From: a virus
Taxonomy: Duplodnaviria; Heunggongvirae; Uroviricota; Caudoviricetes
Strand: one strand, 5' to 3'
Length of the DNA stretch: 64,000 bases
IMG/VR virus record: IMGVR_UViG_3300032220_001761
Span: 65,134 to 129,133 of that record
This document shows positions 39,068 to 49,478 of the stretch, piece after piece. The position numbers were made by a program, and so were the translations under genes. The first letter of the stretch is position 1, and each line of letters begins with the position of its first letter. The notes beneath the pieces are model-generated. The model had not been told where the DNA came from. It saw only the letters and a program-made list of their open reading frames with translations, and ran no database searches.

Positions 39068-39409
39068 CTAAGCTTTCTTTTTCCTTTTACCTTTTCTGTA
39101 GAGGTGAGCATCTTCGTTGTTTACTTCCCAATAGAATATCTCCCAGTAGCCAGAGAGTGAGTAACCAATATCTCTATAGAGTTTACGAACTTCTTCTGAG
39201 TTCTTATTTAACCCCATAGTATGGAAAAGGTACCAGAGGTCATTAAGAATACCCTTGTCGATGATTTCACGAACCTTAGGGTTTTCTTTCCAACGGATTG
39301 TGCCATGGTCATCTGTGATGATTTCGTGGTCGTGATGCCATTCCTTATCCACGATTAATTTGTAGTCTTCGTCTATTAGAGCGACTTCTTCTCTGGAGAT
39401 TGTTTTCAT
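39068..39409 (-). CDS. hypothetical early protein
   Basis: 113 aa ORF. Confidence 0.7.
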   Translation of the reverse strand: MKTISREEVALIDEDYKLIVDKEWHHDHEIITDDHGTIRWKENPKVREIIDKGILNDLWYLFHTMGLNKNSEEVRKLYRDIGYSLSGYWEIFYWEVNNEDAHLYRKGKRKKKA

Positions 39410-39411
39410 AT

Positions 39412-39567
39412 CTAAAACATTTTTATTCTTAGTTGTTGTCTAACACACTCAAGGTCTGCTCCTGTGATTTCATTCGAGCAGTTGTATGTGAGGCCTACTA
39501 GTTCATCATAGGTCTTAACCTTGTTGGCCTTTGCCAATTTGTAGAGCTCTTTAAATCCTTCCGACAT
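39412..39567 (-). CDS. small hypothetical protein (51 aa)
   Basis: MSEGFKELYKLAKANKVKTYDELVG...; hand translation. Confidence 0.6.
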   Translation of the reverse strand: MSEGFKELYKLAKANKVKTYDELVGLTYNCSNEITGADLECVRQQLRIKMF

Positions 39568-39569
39568 AT

Positions 39570-39647
39570 TTAGTTTATTAGAGTGTTTACGAAAGCGTGG
39601 AATAACATAGCTGAGAGTATTATAATGTAGATTGTGAATAGAATCAT
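39570..39647 (-). CDS. 25-aa hydrophobic peptide
   Basis: MILFTIYIIILSAMLFHAFVNTLIN directly after promoter at about 39665. Confidence 0.5.
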   Translation of the reverse strand: MILFTIYIIILSAMLFHAFVNTLIN

Positions 39648-39762
39648 CTTGTTTATTATTTATACAGCTAATGTAGAAAATTCTATTTGAATAAAAAAAT
39701 GTTTTCTGGGAATAATCAAAAGAATTTTTTACTTGTTTTTTGCTATAATAAAAAAGAAGAAT

Positions 39763-40881
39763 ATGAAACCTAGCATTTGTTTAGTGATGATAGTTAAGGA
39801 CGAGAGTGATGTGATTTTGAGGTGCCTCCGTTCAGTCTCCAACTTTATCAGTTATTGGGTTATAGTAGATACTGGTTCTTCTGATGGTACACAAGATATA
39901 ATCAGGACATACATGTCTTCTGCGGGGGTTCCTGGGGAGCTGCATGAAAGAGCGTGGGTTAATTTTTGTCACAACAGAAATGAGAGTATTCAGTTAGCTT
40001 CGGGTAAGAGTGATTACATGTTAATAATAGATGCTGATGATTACTTAGAGGTTGCTAATGAGGAGGCGTTTTCTAGTTTGACATCAGATGCTTATCAGAT
40101 GGATTTGGCTTTAGATGGTTTAGAGTATAGAAGGTTACAGATTTTAAAGTCAGGATATGATTGGAAATACGAAGGAGTATTGCATGAGTATATTAAGGTG
40201 CCTCAGATAGAAGAGTATAATGAAGGTTTAATAGCAGGTGTGGTAATGATAGCTAATGTTAGTGCTCCATCGGGGGATGCTAAGTATCTTGAGGATGCTA
40301 GAATCCTAAAGCAAGCTATGGATGAAGAAGGTGTCACCGATGATCTACGAAGAAGATATATGTTTTACTATGCTCAGAGTTTAATGTGGGGTAATGAGTT
40401 AAGAGCAGCTATCCATTGGTTTGAAGAGAGAGCTAAGATCGGGGGTTGGCCAGAAGAGATCTACGTCTCTCTCTGGTTTGCTGCTAAACTAAAGTGGCAG
40501 TTAAATGATAGTGAAGATAGTGTAATCAACTCATATCTTAAAGCATGGGAGGCACGACCGAACAGACACGAAGCAGTATACGAATTACTAAAGATACTCT
40601 ATGACGCAGAGAGATGGCACCTCGGATTCACTATTGCTCGTTCATGTATAAATGCGAAAGGTTCTAATGATACCTTATTTGTGAATAGACAGATTAGAGA
40701 TTGGGGTATCTATAATTTATATGCTCAATACGCATTCAAATGCGGTCACCTTACAGAAGCAATGGGTGTAACAGAAAGACTGATTAATTCAAGCGTATTT
40801 GCTTCAATCCCTTCAGACGAGCAAAGTAAGATAGTAAACAATTTAGAGGTTTACGAAATGAGCCTGATCAGCTCTTACTAG
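39763..40881 (+). CDS. GT2 glycosyltransferase with TPR-like C-terminus
   Basis: ICLVMIVKDE, DTGSSDGT, W.NF..NRN, IIDADD, LHEY. Confidence 0.85.
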   Translation: MKPSICLVMIVKDESDVILRCLRSVSNFISYWVIVDTGSSDGTQDIIRTYMSSAGVPGELHERAWVNFCHNRNESIQLASGKSDYMLIIDADDYLEVANEEAFSSLTSDAYQMDLALDGLEYRRLQILKSGYDWKYEGVLHEYIKVPQIEEYNEGLIAGVVMIANVSAPSGDAKYLEDARILKQAMDEEGVTDDLRRRYMFYYAQSLMWGNELRAAIHWFEERAKIGGWPEEIYVSLWFAAKLKWQLNDSEDSVINSYLKAWEARPNRHEAVYELLKILYDAERWHLGFTIARSCINAKGSNDTLFVNRQIRDWGIYNLYAQYAFKCGHLTEAMGVTERLINSSVFASIPSDEQSKIVNNLEVYEMSLISSY

Positions 40882-41049
40882 GGGGTTCCTACCCTTTCGT
40901 TGCTTCTTCACAGTTTTAGTTGGGAAAACTTCTCTTACTGTTTCAAACAAAGATTCGATTTGGTTCTGGGGAATGTTATCTAGCATAAGACCAAACATTA
41001 ATGAATCTATTTCTCCCGGTTTGTAAATGTGTTGTTGCTGCATCTTCAT
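40843..41049 (-). CDS. hypothetical protein
   Basis: Convergent overlap with GT2 end. Confidence 0.5.
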   Translation of the reverse strand: MKMQQQHIYKPGEIDSLMFGLMLDNIPQNQIESLFETVREVFPTKTVKKQRKGRNPLVRADQAHFVNL

Positions 41050-41158
41050 TATAGTAGGCGCCTTCTCTTTGGATTCGTAGCGGAGTTTTAAAAACCAAAG
41101 TCCACAAAAAAAGCCAAGGTCTCCCTTGGCTTATTCACTAACCCACTAACTAACCAAT

Positions 41159-41470
41159 CTAATTTTTTTCTTCCCAGATTTTATTTACTATCTCCATCCG
41201 GTAATTCGGGTTGTCATCAAAAGCTTCACTTTTGTCGAGGAGAATATTTGCGATCCTTGACATCTTACTTCTTCGGATTGCACGTTTTTGTTTTGCGTCT
41301 TCATCCGGACTGAACAGTGCGATGAGACAGATAATTGAAAGGGTCATGGTCATTACTGCAAATGCCATCTCGTTAAGAGGATCTGCGAAGTAGATAACTT
41401 TTTGAATGTCACCACTTAAAGTGAGTAATGATATCAGAAGGGAGATTAAGAATCCTAAGAAGTATTTCAT
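41159..41470 (-). CDS. two-TM membrane protein
   Basis: Own promoter. Confidence 0.7.
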   Translation of the reverse strand: MKYFLGFLISLLISLLTLSGDIQKVIYFADPLNEMAFAVMTMTLSIICLIALFSPDEDAKQKRAIRRSKMSRIANILLDKSEAFDDNPNYRMEIVNKIWEEKN

Positions 41471-41538
41471 ATCGTTTTTTTTTGTTGAAGTAAATGTAGA
41501 TAATTCTATTTGAATAAAAAATATTTTCCAATTTTTAT

Positions 41539-41694
41539 TTAGGCCGTTTTAACCCAATTTAAAAAATAGTGAGCGGCTTCTAATTGTTCTCCACTGTAGA
41601 GTTTAGAGGCTTTGTTAATGGTTAATCCCTTTTGAACTCTTTCAAGTATTCCGTAATGGATTGCCCAGAATTTAGTGATTTTGTCTGAAGTCAT
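41539..41694 (-). CDS. small early protein
   Basis: Start MTSDK after promoter. Confidence 0.65.
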   Translation of the reverse strand: MTSDKITKFWAIHYGILERVQKGLTINKASKLYSGEQLEAAHYFLNWVKTA

Positions 41695-42126
41695 TTTAAT
41701 TTCTTTTAATTGGTTAGTGGGACAAATGTAGAAAATTCTACTTAGATAAAAAAATGTTTTCTGGGAAAAGTTGAAAAATATTTTCTGGCTGGAGTAGGTG
41801 CTGCGGGGGTTCCTCATATTTTATCTCCAGCAGAGATGTCGTAGGTTTAGGGAGGAGAATGCAGGGGAGAGATACTGGGGTTCCTCATATCATCTGAATC
41901 TGTTCTGGTTAAATCTGGTATTATCCTGGATCAGAGAAGGAACCTCGGGAAGAAGTCCTGATCTATCTCTGGATAGAGTTTTGATGAAGTAGTGTAAAGT
42001 AGGATAAATTCACATCTGTCCTCGGGGGTGCCTCGGGATAACCTCTATGCCGGCCTAAGTTTTTTTCTTTGGTCCACAAAAAAGGCCTGGTGATTAACCA
42101 AGCCCTTTTTAGCGGAATTAATTTCC

Positions 42127-42291
42127 CTAACTTATTCCCTTTATGATTTCATCCCTTTCCTCTTGAAGCATGACATTGTTCATGAATGAAATAAGGATGT
42201 CTGAGGCTGTTAAGCCATGTTCACCATTCTCTACCATATCAGCTATCATTTCACCGATGGCATCATTTCTCATTTGTTCGTTTGCACTCAT
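42127..42291 (-). CDS. small early protein (54 aa)
   Basis: MSANEQMRNDAIGEMIADM...; promoter and terminator flank it. Confidence 0.65.
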   Translation of the reverse strand: MSANEQMRNDAIGEMIADMVENGEHGLTASDILISFMNNVMLQEERDEIIKGIS

Positions 42292-42716
42292 TCTTTTATT
42301 TTTTTAATTGGTTATAAAGCTAATATAGAAAATTACACTTGGATAAAAAAATGTTTCCTTGGATTATTTTTTTGAGGTCCTGTTAAGGAATTCTTGTAGG
42401 GAGGGGGTTCCTCGTCTTGTATCCTATGGAGTAGGAAGTATAGATTTTCTTCGTACGTACGCACGTATACGCACGGAGCCCCTGGGGAGTCCCCGTTTAT
42501 AATCCGTTGCTGTAGCTGTTGCTGTAGCAATCTGGGGTTCCCACTTGTCTTATAGATGTCTAATAGATGTCTAATAGGTGTTTAGTTGGATTACCGTAGG
42601 GAGAGTAGCCTGCGGATCCCCAGCTGATTCTCCTTGCAGAGAGAAAATTTAGGTCAACAAAAAACCCAGACTTGTGGGTCTGGGTTTACTTTGAATCTCC
42701 GAAGAGTACCAATCAA

Positions 42717-43349
42717 TCAAAAGATATCAAAGGCTTTGAGTAATCTGTGTGCTTTGTATTCGTCTTCTTTATTAAATCCGTCAGGGATGATAATCTGACC
42801 CCAAATTGAAGGATCTGCTTCTAGACCAAGACGAGCGTTGTCTGGATATGTTAATGCTTCGTTCCAGGTGCCAAGGTCCTTAAGGATTTGAATGGAGTTA
42901 GCGTACATTCTTTTGTTGCACTCTGGTCCGATGCCGGTGTCGATACTCTCAGGTACAGTTAAAGGCATCCCACACTTACAGCAGCGACCTTCGTGGTAGA
43001 TAGAGAGTTTAGTGAAGTCCTCTAAACGACTTAGGTTCTTTAGGAGCCAAACCCAGGTTTTGAAACCGATGAAGTTTGTGTCCCAATAGCGACGTTTGAA
43101 CTTACGCTCGTTGGTGTCAAGGAAACCAAGGAACTTGTAACCGTGGTCGTTGTCACCTAGAGTCTTACACTCGATGGCAAATTTACCAGGAACTGGTTTG
43201 TAGTTCTTCTTGATTTGCTTCACCTTAAAGGTGAGGTAGTTACCAGTCTCGTTGTTCTCAAGAGTGAACACTGAGCGACCAGCGAAAATAAAATTACGGA
43301 ATTGTTCCGGTGTGATTGACTTGCGGGTAAGTGGGCGTGAAGATTTCAT
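42717..43349 (-). CDS. DUF6011-like zinc-binding protein
   Basis: HEGRCCKCG..LTVPESI..GIGPEC. Confidence 0.75.
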   Translation of the reverse strand: MKSSRPLTRKSITPEQFRNFIFAGRSVFTLENNETGNYLTFKVKQIKKNYKPVPGKFAIECKTLGDNDHGYKFLGFLDTNERKFKRRYWDTNFIGFKTWVWLLKNLSRLEDFTKLSIYHEGRCCKCGMPLTVPESIDTGIGPECNKRMYANSIQILKDLGTWNEALTYPDNARLGLEADPSIWGQIIIPDGFNKEDEYKAHRLLKAFDIF

Positions 43350-43472
43350 CTTTTATCTTTTTAATTGATTGGTAGAGCAAATATAGAAACTTCTACCTAG
43401 ATAAAAAAATATTTCTTGGAATTTTTTCAGAAAAAATATAACCCGGCTAGCGTGTGCTGCTGGGGTGCCTCG

Positions 43473-44498
43473 TTATTGGTAATAGACGGTAGGTTCAAAT
43501 GTTCCTGGTACAAACCGACTAAGAAGGTATTGGATGTCTCCATCCGGGTTTCCTCCGTTTACAGTTGAGAGAGCTAATGGCACATACACATCTAAACCTG
43601 CTGCATTCTCTCTCAAAGGATCATCAACTCCTATAAAGACTAAATCATCCCCGACTGTTGCACCTAATGATAAGAGTGATGGCATATTAACATCAGTGAG
43701 ATTATAACACTCAGCAAATGTCTGACTACCTATTGAAAGAACAGACTGTAGAGCTACGCTTTGTAAGCTTGAGCATCCTTTAAAACATCCTACTCCACAT
43801 GTGAGTAGTTTATCATTATAAATCTGCTGTATAGCAGAACAGTCTATGAAGACGAAGTCTCCCAACTGTTCAACAACATAGGTTTGAAGATATGCTAGGT
43901 TGGAACAATTACGAAATGCGTAATCATCTATAGCCAGACATGATTGTACATCTAACGTGTCAATATTGGAGCTATCAAAAGCTGAAGGTCCTATATGCAA
44001 TGTTGATGTGCTTGTATATGACGATAAAGAAGATCCATAGAATGCACTATCAGCAACACCGATAACTTTACCACTCTCTTCGAAATCTTGTATTTGAAGG
44101 CTAGTATTAAACAAAGAAGCTGGAATGACCATATCAGGATCACCGTTACCTCTCAGAACAACGATTGAAGAAGCACTTACAAACTCAACAGTAGTAAACG
44201 GGGCACCTTCTGCTGGAAGATCGAAGAAAGTGTTCCATTCGCTAAGAGAAGTAGGATCTCCCACTGGATAGCCATTAGCTGAATCGAATTTCATCTGTAC
44301 ATAATACTCAGGACCAGTAGGTGGAATGTATCCACCTCCTGCACCGCCTCCGACTAATAGAGCTGATCCACCTAATGCCATTGATTGAGCGTTGTCATCT
44401 TCTTCTTGTTCTCTGAGGTGCATTCTCCACTTACGATCCAATTCTTCTTTATCGATCTTTACACCCCACTTAATATTAAAATGCTCTCTGTTTGACAT
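43473..44498 (-). CDS. BspA-type leucine-rich-repeat protein
   Basis: IG..AF..C..L repeats; start MSNREHF after GATATATA 44504-44511. Confidence 0.75.
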   Translation of the reverse strand: MSNREHFNIKWGVKIDKEELDRKWRMHLREQEEDDNAQSMALGGSALLVGGGAGGGYIPPTGPEYYVQMKFDSANGYPVGDPTSLSEWNTFFDLPAEGAPFTTVEFVSASSIVVLRGNGDPDMVIPASLFNTSLQIQDFEESGKVIGVADSAFYGSSLSSYTSTSTLHIGPSAFDSSNIDTLDVQSCLAIDDYAFRNCSNLAYLQTYVVEQLGDFVFIDCSAIQQIYNDKLLTCGVGCFKGCSSLQSVALQSVLSIGSQTFAECYNLTDVNMPSLLSLGATVGDDLVFIGVDDPLRENAAGLDVYVPLALSTVNGGNPDGDIQYLLSRFVPGTFEPTVYYQ

Positions 44499-44563
44499 CT
44501 CAATATATATCATCCGGAAAAGATAAGAATTCACATCTGTCGTTCTGAGGATCCTCAGTTATC

Positions 44564-44620
44564 TTTCAGATGTCTTTCAGATGTCTTTCAGATGTCTTCA
44601 GCTCTTTTCAGCTCTTTTCT
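44564..44620 (+). repeat. short tandem repeats
   Basis: TCTTTCAGATG x3 then CAGCTCTTTT x2. Confidence 0.7.
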
Positions 44621-44723
44621 CCGGGGAACCTCCTCGCGGCTACCGCAGCGGTCTTTGCGAAACTTATTCCCACAAAAAAAGATCCCGAAGGATCTTTTTG
44701 AGAATTTAGAAACAAAGATAGTT

Positions 44724-44906
44724 TTAGCTTGCAACTAATAATTCATTCTTTGCTTCTAAAACCTTAGCATAATGTTCCCAATTAATTGAGTTGACATTGT
44801 AGCCTTCTTGAATCATTTTAGCTCGTCTTGTCTCTACGAGTTTTCTGAAGTTCATTTTAACTTGTATTGAGCTAAAATTGAGGAAGATGTTTTTAAATTG
44901 CTTCAT
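44724..44906 (-). CDS. small early protein
   Basis: Promoter and terminator flank it. Confidence 0.6.
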   Translation of the reverse strand: MKQFKNIFLNFSSIQVKMNFRKLVETRRAKMIQEGYNVNSINWEHYAKVLEAKNELLVAS

Positions 44907-45167
44907 AACTTTGATTGATTAGTTTTACAAATGTAGAAAATTCTACTAATAATAAAAAATGTTTTTATGGATTTTACTAAAATAATATCATTATATAAGG
45001 GAAAAGGTTTCGATCCTTTTCAACTATTATACTCTGAGGGTCCTCAAAAACCCCTCGCGTACGCACGTATGCGCCCGGAGTCCCTGGGGAGACCCCGTTC
45101 TTTTTTACATATGTGGAAACTATTTAAAGTCTAGAATATATAAGGTAAGTAAATAAACTATAATATC

Positions 45168-45470
45168 ATGATTGATTTTAGCACTTATTTCGGTTCCTTA
45201 ATGATGATGGCTTCTGCTGTTACACTTATTACCGGATGGATTAACACTCACGTAACACAGTTATCGGGGTGGAAAGCTCAGCTTTTAAGCTGGGGAGTTT
45301 CAATTGCTCTTGCATTTGTTGGAGCATGGAAAGGCTTAGGTCTTTTCCAGGAAGCTGATGTTTTGAACACTATTATTAATGGTGTTGGTGTGGGATTAGT
45401 TGCTAACGGAGTCTTCTCTGTAGAGTTCGTTCAGCAAATTCTTGCATTCTTGAAAGCTAAGAAGGTTTAA
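45168..45470 (+). CDS. holin-like membrane protein
   Basis: Three TM segments, GVGLVANGVF, basic tail. Confidence 0.6.
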   Translation: MIDFSTYFGSLMMMASAVTLITGWINTHVTQLSGWKAQLLSWGVSIALAFVGAWKGLGLFQEADVLNTIINGVGVGLVANGVFSVEFVQQILAFLKAKKV

Positions 45471-45554
45471 TTTTAAGCTTTATTTATTAAAGGAGGGGAT
45501 TTCGATTCCCTCTTTTTTTGTGGCCGGCCCATATCGTTGTGGGGGTTCCTCATA

Positions 45555-45911
45555 TCATCTGTCCATGAAAGGAAAGATTTCATAGAAGTAATAGAAGGAT
45601 TTAGTTTGAACAAACTCTATGATGTAGTAATGAGGATCCTTCCAGAGTTTAGTTTGGTAATTTCCTACTAATTCATTACAGTAGTAGACTGCTGAGGTAT
45701 CACCGAAACACTCTATAGTTAACGCATTATTATACAGTTTTAAAGTGCTATCTGTTTTCTGAAGGAAGTAAATCTGATCTGTTAAATTAAGGCTGTTATC
45801 AACAGCAAAACCTGACTCTTTGCTTCTGTTAATTAGATAAAGTGAAAATCTATCATCCTGTGCAAATGATGATAACGGAAATAGTAGGAATATAAAAAAG
45901 ATGAATTTCAT
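45555..45911 (-). CDS. secreted hypothetical protein
   Basis: Signal peptide; GATATATA 45922-45929. Confidence 0.65.
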   Translation of the reverse strand: MKFIFFIFLLFPLSSFAQDDRFSLYLINRSKESGFAVDNSLNLTDQIYFLQKTDSTLKLYNNALTIECFGDTSAVYYCNELVGNYQTKLWKDPHYYIIEFVQTKSFYYFYEIFPFMDR

Positions 45912-46026
45912 TTATCACATGTATATATCTGGGGTTCCTCATCTTGTATCCGATCGGTCGGTCTGATTTCTGTAGGTCACAAAAAAAGAGACCGAAGTCT
46001 CTTTTTAATTTTTTGTTTTTGTTTGG

Positions 46027-46380
46027 TTATCTTAAACCTTCGTGATACTCACCAACAGGATAACCTTGTTCCTTTAACTCTTTGATTGCCTCTTTGTCCC
46101 ATTTAGAAGGGATTGCTGATTCAGCTTTGAGCATGTAAGCTTGACTCTCTTCGTCTTCATCGTCATACACAACTGCAACGTCATAGTACGTTCCGAAGTC
46201 ATGTGCACAAGAGATGATTCTTAAACCTGTTCCATAAGGAGGTTTTCCTATGGATCTGGTTATTTGATTTATCAAAGCATTAGCTTCCATCTTGCTAAAC
46301 TTTGAGTAATCGTTTTCACCTAGCTGGATGCAAGGTTCGTCGTGGGGAACTGATGTTCCTAATTCAAATTGATCTCTCAT
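46027..46380 (-). CDS. hypothetical early protein
   Basis: HDFGTYY motif. Confidence 0.7.
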   Translation of the reverse strand: MRDQFELGTSVPHDEPCIQLGENDYSKFSKMEANALINQITRSIGKPPYGTGLRIISCAHDFGTYYDVAVVYDDEDEESQAYMLKAESAIPSKWDKEAIKELKEQGYPVGEYHEGLR

Positions 46381-46547
46381 TATTTATTTGGGTTTAGTTG
46401 GTTAATAAGTTTATCAGCTTCTTGTTCGTTACTAACAGGAATTAATTTTCCTTCACCTAAAACGTACCATCCATCGTAACGTTTTTCTTTTCTTAAAGGT
46501 CCTGAAGTGTCAAAAGATTCTCCGTCTGAAAATTTTAATAAGCTCAT
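46380..46547 (-). CDS. small early protein (55 aa)
   Basis: MSLLKFSDGESFDTSGPLR...DGWYV; hand translation. Confidence 0.65.
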   Translation of the reverse strand: MSLLKFSDGESFDTSGPLRKEKRYDGWYVLGEGKLIPVSNEQEADKLINQLNPNK

Positions 46548-46752
46548 TTAATCTCTTTTAATTGGTTAGTGACGCTAATATAGATAATTCTACTTGGATA
46601 AAAAAATGTTTTTCAAATTATTTTTTGAAGAAGATGTGGGTTCACATCTGTCATCGGAGGTTCCTCAGACGGTCTGGCTGATCGCGACAGTTTTTAGACC
46701 AACAAAAAAGGTCCAGGAATACTGGACCTTTTCTTGTGAACGTTTTCTGATT

Positions 46753-47040
46753 TTACATCAGCTGATCAATATATTTGACTGCTGCTTTTTTGCATTCATC
46801 CATTGTGGCGAAATGCGTTAATAAGGCATTTTTCATGTCCTTACCAGGATTGTGGTTGTCGGTTTTGGTCCATGCTACTTCTTTTAGGTGTTTCTTTTCA
46901 AACCCTTCTAGCACATAAAGCTGTACTGCTTTACCCATTCCATAGACACCTCGGTCTTTTTCGATGAGCATGAATTTGTGACCTTTGTAATCAATTCTTA
47001 CTTCGTTTGGTGCCACCTGAGTGAATTTTGCTTTTGACAT
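46753..47040 (-). CDS. hypothetical early protein
   Basis: Monocistronic unit. Confidence 0.75.
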   Translation of the reverse strand: MSKAKFTQVAPNEVRIDYKGHKFMLIEKDRGVYGMGKAVQLYVLEGFEKKHLKEVAWTKTDNHNPGKDMKNALLTHFATMDECKKAAVKYIDQLM

Positions 47041-47301
47041 GTTCTTTTTTTTAATTGGTTATGCTGCAAATATAGAAAATTCTACTTGGATAAAAAAATG
47101 TTTTCTAAAAATAACCACAAAAAATGAGGCTCAGGGAGGTGGCGAAATACCCTGAGCCTCGATGTAACTTTCGTAACATCACGGTCCTAAGCCGTGGATG
47201 ATCTATATATCGGGAACCCCCGCAACTTTACCGATGGACGTAAACTTTTCCCACAAAAAAACCCGAGAGTAATCTCGGGCTTAATTAGATTAAGGGTATT
47301 C

Positions 47302-47568
47302 CTAATTCTTACATTCTTCAAGCTTTTCAGCAACAAGTTCACCAATTGTTTTTTTCCCTTGAATAACTTGAACCTCACTAATGAAGTTGTGAAGATGCTT
47401 CATTAAGAGATTAGCATGTTCAGGATCTTGTGAAGCTGTAAGAATTGTCATTGTTGAATGGGCAATGAAAAGACTTTGACCATCTTCTGAAATTGATCCT
47501 GTGATACCAAGCAATGTTGATAATTCTGCGATCTTGTTAATAAGCTGACTTTTGTTTGGTGATTCCAT
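47302..47568 (-). CDS. hypothetical early protein
   Basis: Start MESPNK after promoter. Confidence 0.7.
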   Translation of the reverse strand: MESPNKSQLINKIAELSTLLGITGSISEDGQSLFIAHSTMTILTASQDPEHANLLMKHLHNFISEVQVIQGKKTIGELVAEKLEECKN

Positions 47569-47801
47569 TTTACTTTCTTTTAATTGGTTAGTATCGCTAA
47601 TGTAGAATATTCTACTTGGATAAAAAAAAGTTTTCAGAAAAAAAATCCAATTTTTTTTATAGAGAAGAATTAGGGCTGGCTGCCCGATTCTTCGTCGGGG
47701 GATCCTCGGAAGAATCATCTGTTAACATCCTGAATTCCTTTGGCCACAAAAAAAGGAACCGAAGTTCCTTTCTTTGCTCATTTAATTTTCAACACCCAGG
47801 C

Positions 47802-48050
47802 CTAATCGACCCAGATTTCTTGTGTATCAGAAACGCTTCGCCAAGCTCCCTTTTCAAGGTCGTAGTATGAAGTTGCGTTTCCTGGTTTTGTTCCTCCCTT
47901 AGGTTGGTTTGTTGAAGGAACTCGATTTAGGTCCAAAGTTCCTAAAGCGATACGAAGTTCGCCTCCAACCTTTCTGAAATAAAATTTCTGTGCGCCTTGA
48001 CGAAGTCTGTCTTTGAGTTCGTCGTGAGTGATTTTTGTTAAACTTGCCAT
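47802..48050 (-). CDS. WYL-like SH3 beta-barrel protein
   Basis: F.F.KV.GELR.A.GT, YYDLEK.AWRS. Confidence 0.75.
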   Translation of the reverse strand: MASLTKITHDELKDRLRQGAQKFYFRKVGGELRIALGTLDLNRVPSTNQPKGGTKPGNATSYYDLEKGAWRSVSDTQEIWVD

Positions 48051-48221
48051 TTTGTTTTTCTTTAATTGGTTAGTGAGGCAAATATAGAAAATTCTATTGA
48101 ATAAAAAAAAATATTTCTTGGAAAAAATAAAAAATATTTTTCTGAATAATTCGGCGGGCCTGATCAGCTTCTGGGGTTCCTCATTTTTGATCTCCTCCGA
48201 TAATCCGTTGGAGGAGGTTCC

Positions 48222-48626
48222 TTAACCGAACATAGTCAGGAAGCTGTTTCTTGACATCATACTTTCTATCAGTTGCTGAACTCTTTCATACTTCTTAGTT
48301 TCAATTGTTGTCCTTGAATCGATTCTTAGTTTGAGGGTTCCTCCGATACTTATAGCCTCGTAGTAGCCTAGTTGATGTTCTTTATTACAGAACTGTAACA
48401 TTGAAGATTCATTTAAAGTTGCACCACAAAAGTTACACCATTTAAGTTTAGGACCTGTTTCTTTAGGTACATTAACAACAATCTTTTCCTTAGGCTTAGT
48501 GTGAAGTATGGGTAATGCGTTTGCTTTTCCTGCTTTTCTGTCTCTGTATGCTTTATCTGTACATTTTTTTGAACAGTAAACTCCTCTTTTATTATGTTCT
48601 TGTCCGCATTGTATGCAAGTATCCAT
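48222..48626 (-). CDS. Cys-rich zinc-binding hypothetical protein
   Basis: C..C, YCS..C, C.FC, FC...H. Confidence 0.65.
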   Translation of the reverse strand: MDTCIQCGQEHNKRGVYCSKKCTDKAYRDRKAGKANALPILHTKPKEKIVVNVPKETGPKLKWCNFCGATLNESSMLQFCNKEHQLGYYEAISIGGTLKLRIDSRTTIETKKYERVQQLIESMMSRNSFLTMFG

Positions 48627-48885
48627 ATGTATATCTTTGTTCTTTATATTGTAAATGTAAAGAAAAATTACAAGGCGATGCTTTTTTTATGAGGGGGTTC
48701 CTCTGTTATCTTTATGTGATTTCGATTCCGAAAGAAGAGCTATTAGTCTCTGTGTTTCCCCCTCTACGCACGCACGTACGCACGTATACGCACGGAGCCC
48801 CCAGGAGGGCCACACCACAAAAAAGGCCGATACTTAAAGTACCGGCCCCGACGTGTTAGGTCTATAACCAATTAAAACGCCAACA

Positions 48886-49131
48886 CTATATCGTAAAAGG
48901 ATGATGTGGATACTCTTCGTTCCATCTCTCCATTAAATTCAACCAATAATTTTTTTCGTTCTTGTATCGTAATACAACTTTAGTTAGCTCCGGATAACCT
49001 TTAGCTAAGTTATTCATATTCTCCAGATCTGCTTTGTACATTGTCTTGATTAAAGAATCAATAAATGATCCAGCCATGTCTTTTTTGTGCATGCAAAATT
49101 CATACTCAGCTGTAGATAATTTTTCTGACAT
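48886..49131 (-). CDS. hypothetical protein
   Basis: GSF...L...AD..N...L..G.PE. Confidence 0.7.
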   Translation of the reverse strand: MSEKLSTAEYEFCMHKKDMAGSFIDSLIKTMYKADLENMNNLAKGYPELTKVVLRYKNEKNYWLNLMERWNEEYPHHPFTI

Positions 49132-49133
49132 AA

Positions 49134-49478
49134 TTAATATTTAGGTGGTGTAAAAAATAAAATGATTGCTCCTCCTTCTCTGAACTCGTCTTGTGCTAAA
49201 ATAACGCCGTCTAGCCGAGCTTTATCTGATGAACTAAGGTTATACCACTTAGCAACATATTCGGCTTCGTATGCGAAGCCTATTGGCTCCTGACGGCTCA
49301 TAGAACCAACGCAATATCCTAACTCTTTTAAGTGATTCTCTGCTGCATAGAATGCTTTGAATGTTCCATTAGCAGGGAAGTCTACAGCATGAACGATTTC
49401 ACGGTCTTGCCAGAATTTACCTTTTAGATGTGATGCGTGTTCGTGTGACATATTATTGTTCAAATTGATGTTCTTCAA
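49134..49478 (-). CDS. hypothetical protein
   Basis: Packed ORF. Confidence 0.7.
   Translation of the reverse strand: MKNINLNNNMSHEHASHLKGKFWQDREIVHAVDFPANGTFKAFYAAENHLKELGYCVGSMSRQEPIGFAYEAEYVAKWYNLSSSDKARLDGVILAQDEFREGGAIILFFTPPKY

Noticed and set aside
39407-39414. TAG-ATA-TGA overlapping the next ATG as programmed readthrough
   Set aside because: Would add only two residues; cannot be distinguished from an ordinary stop
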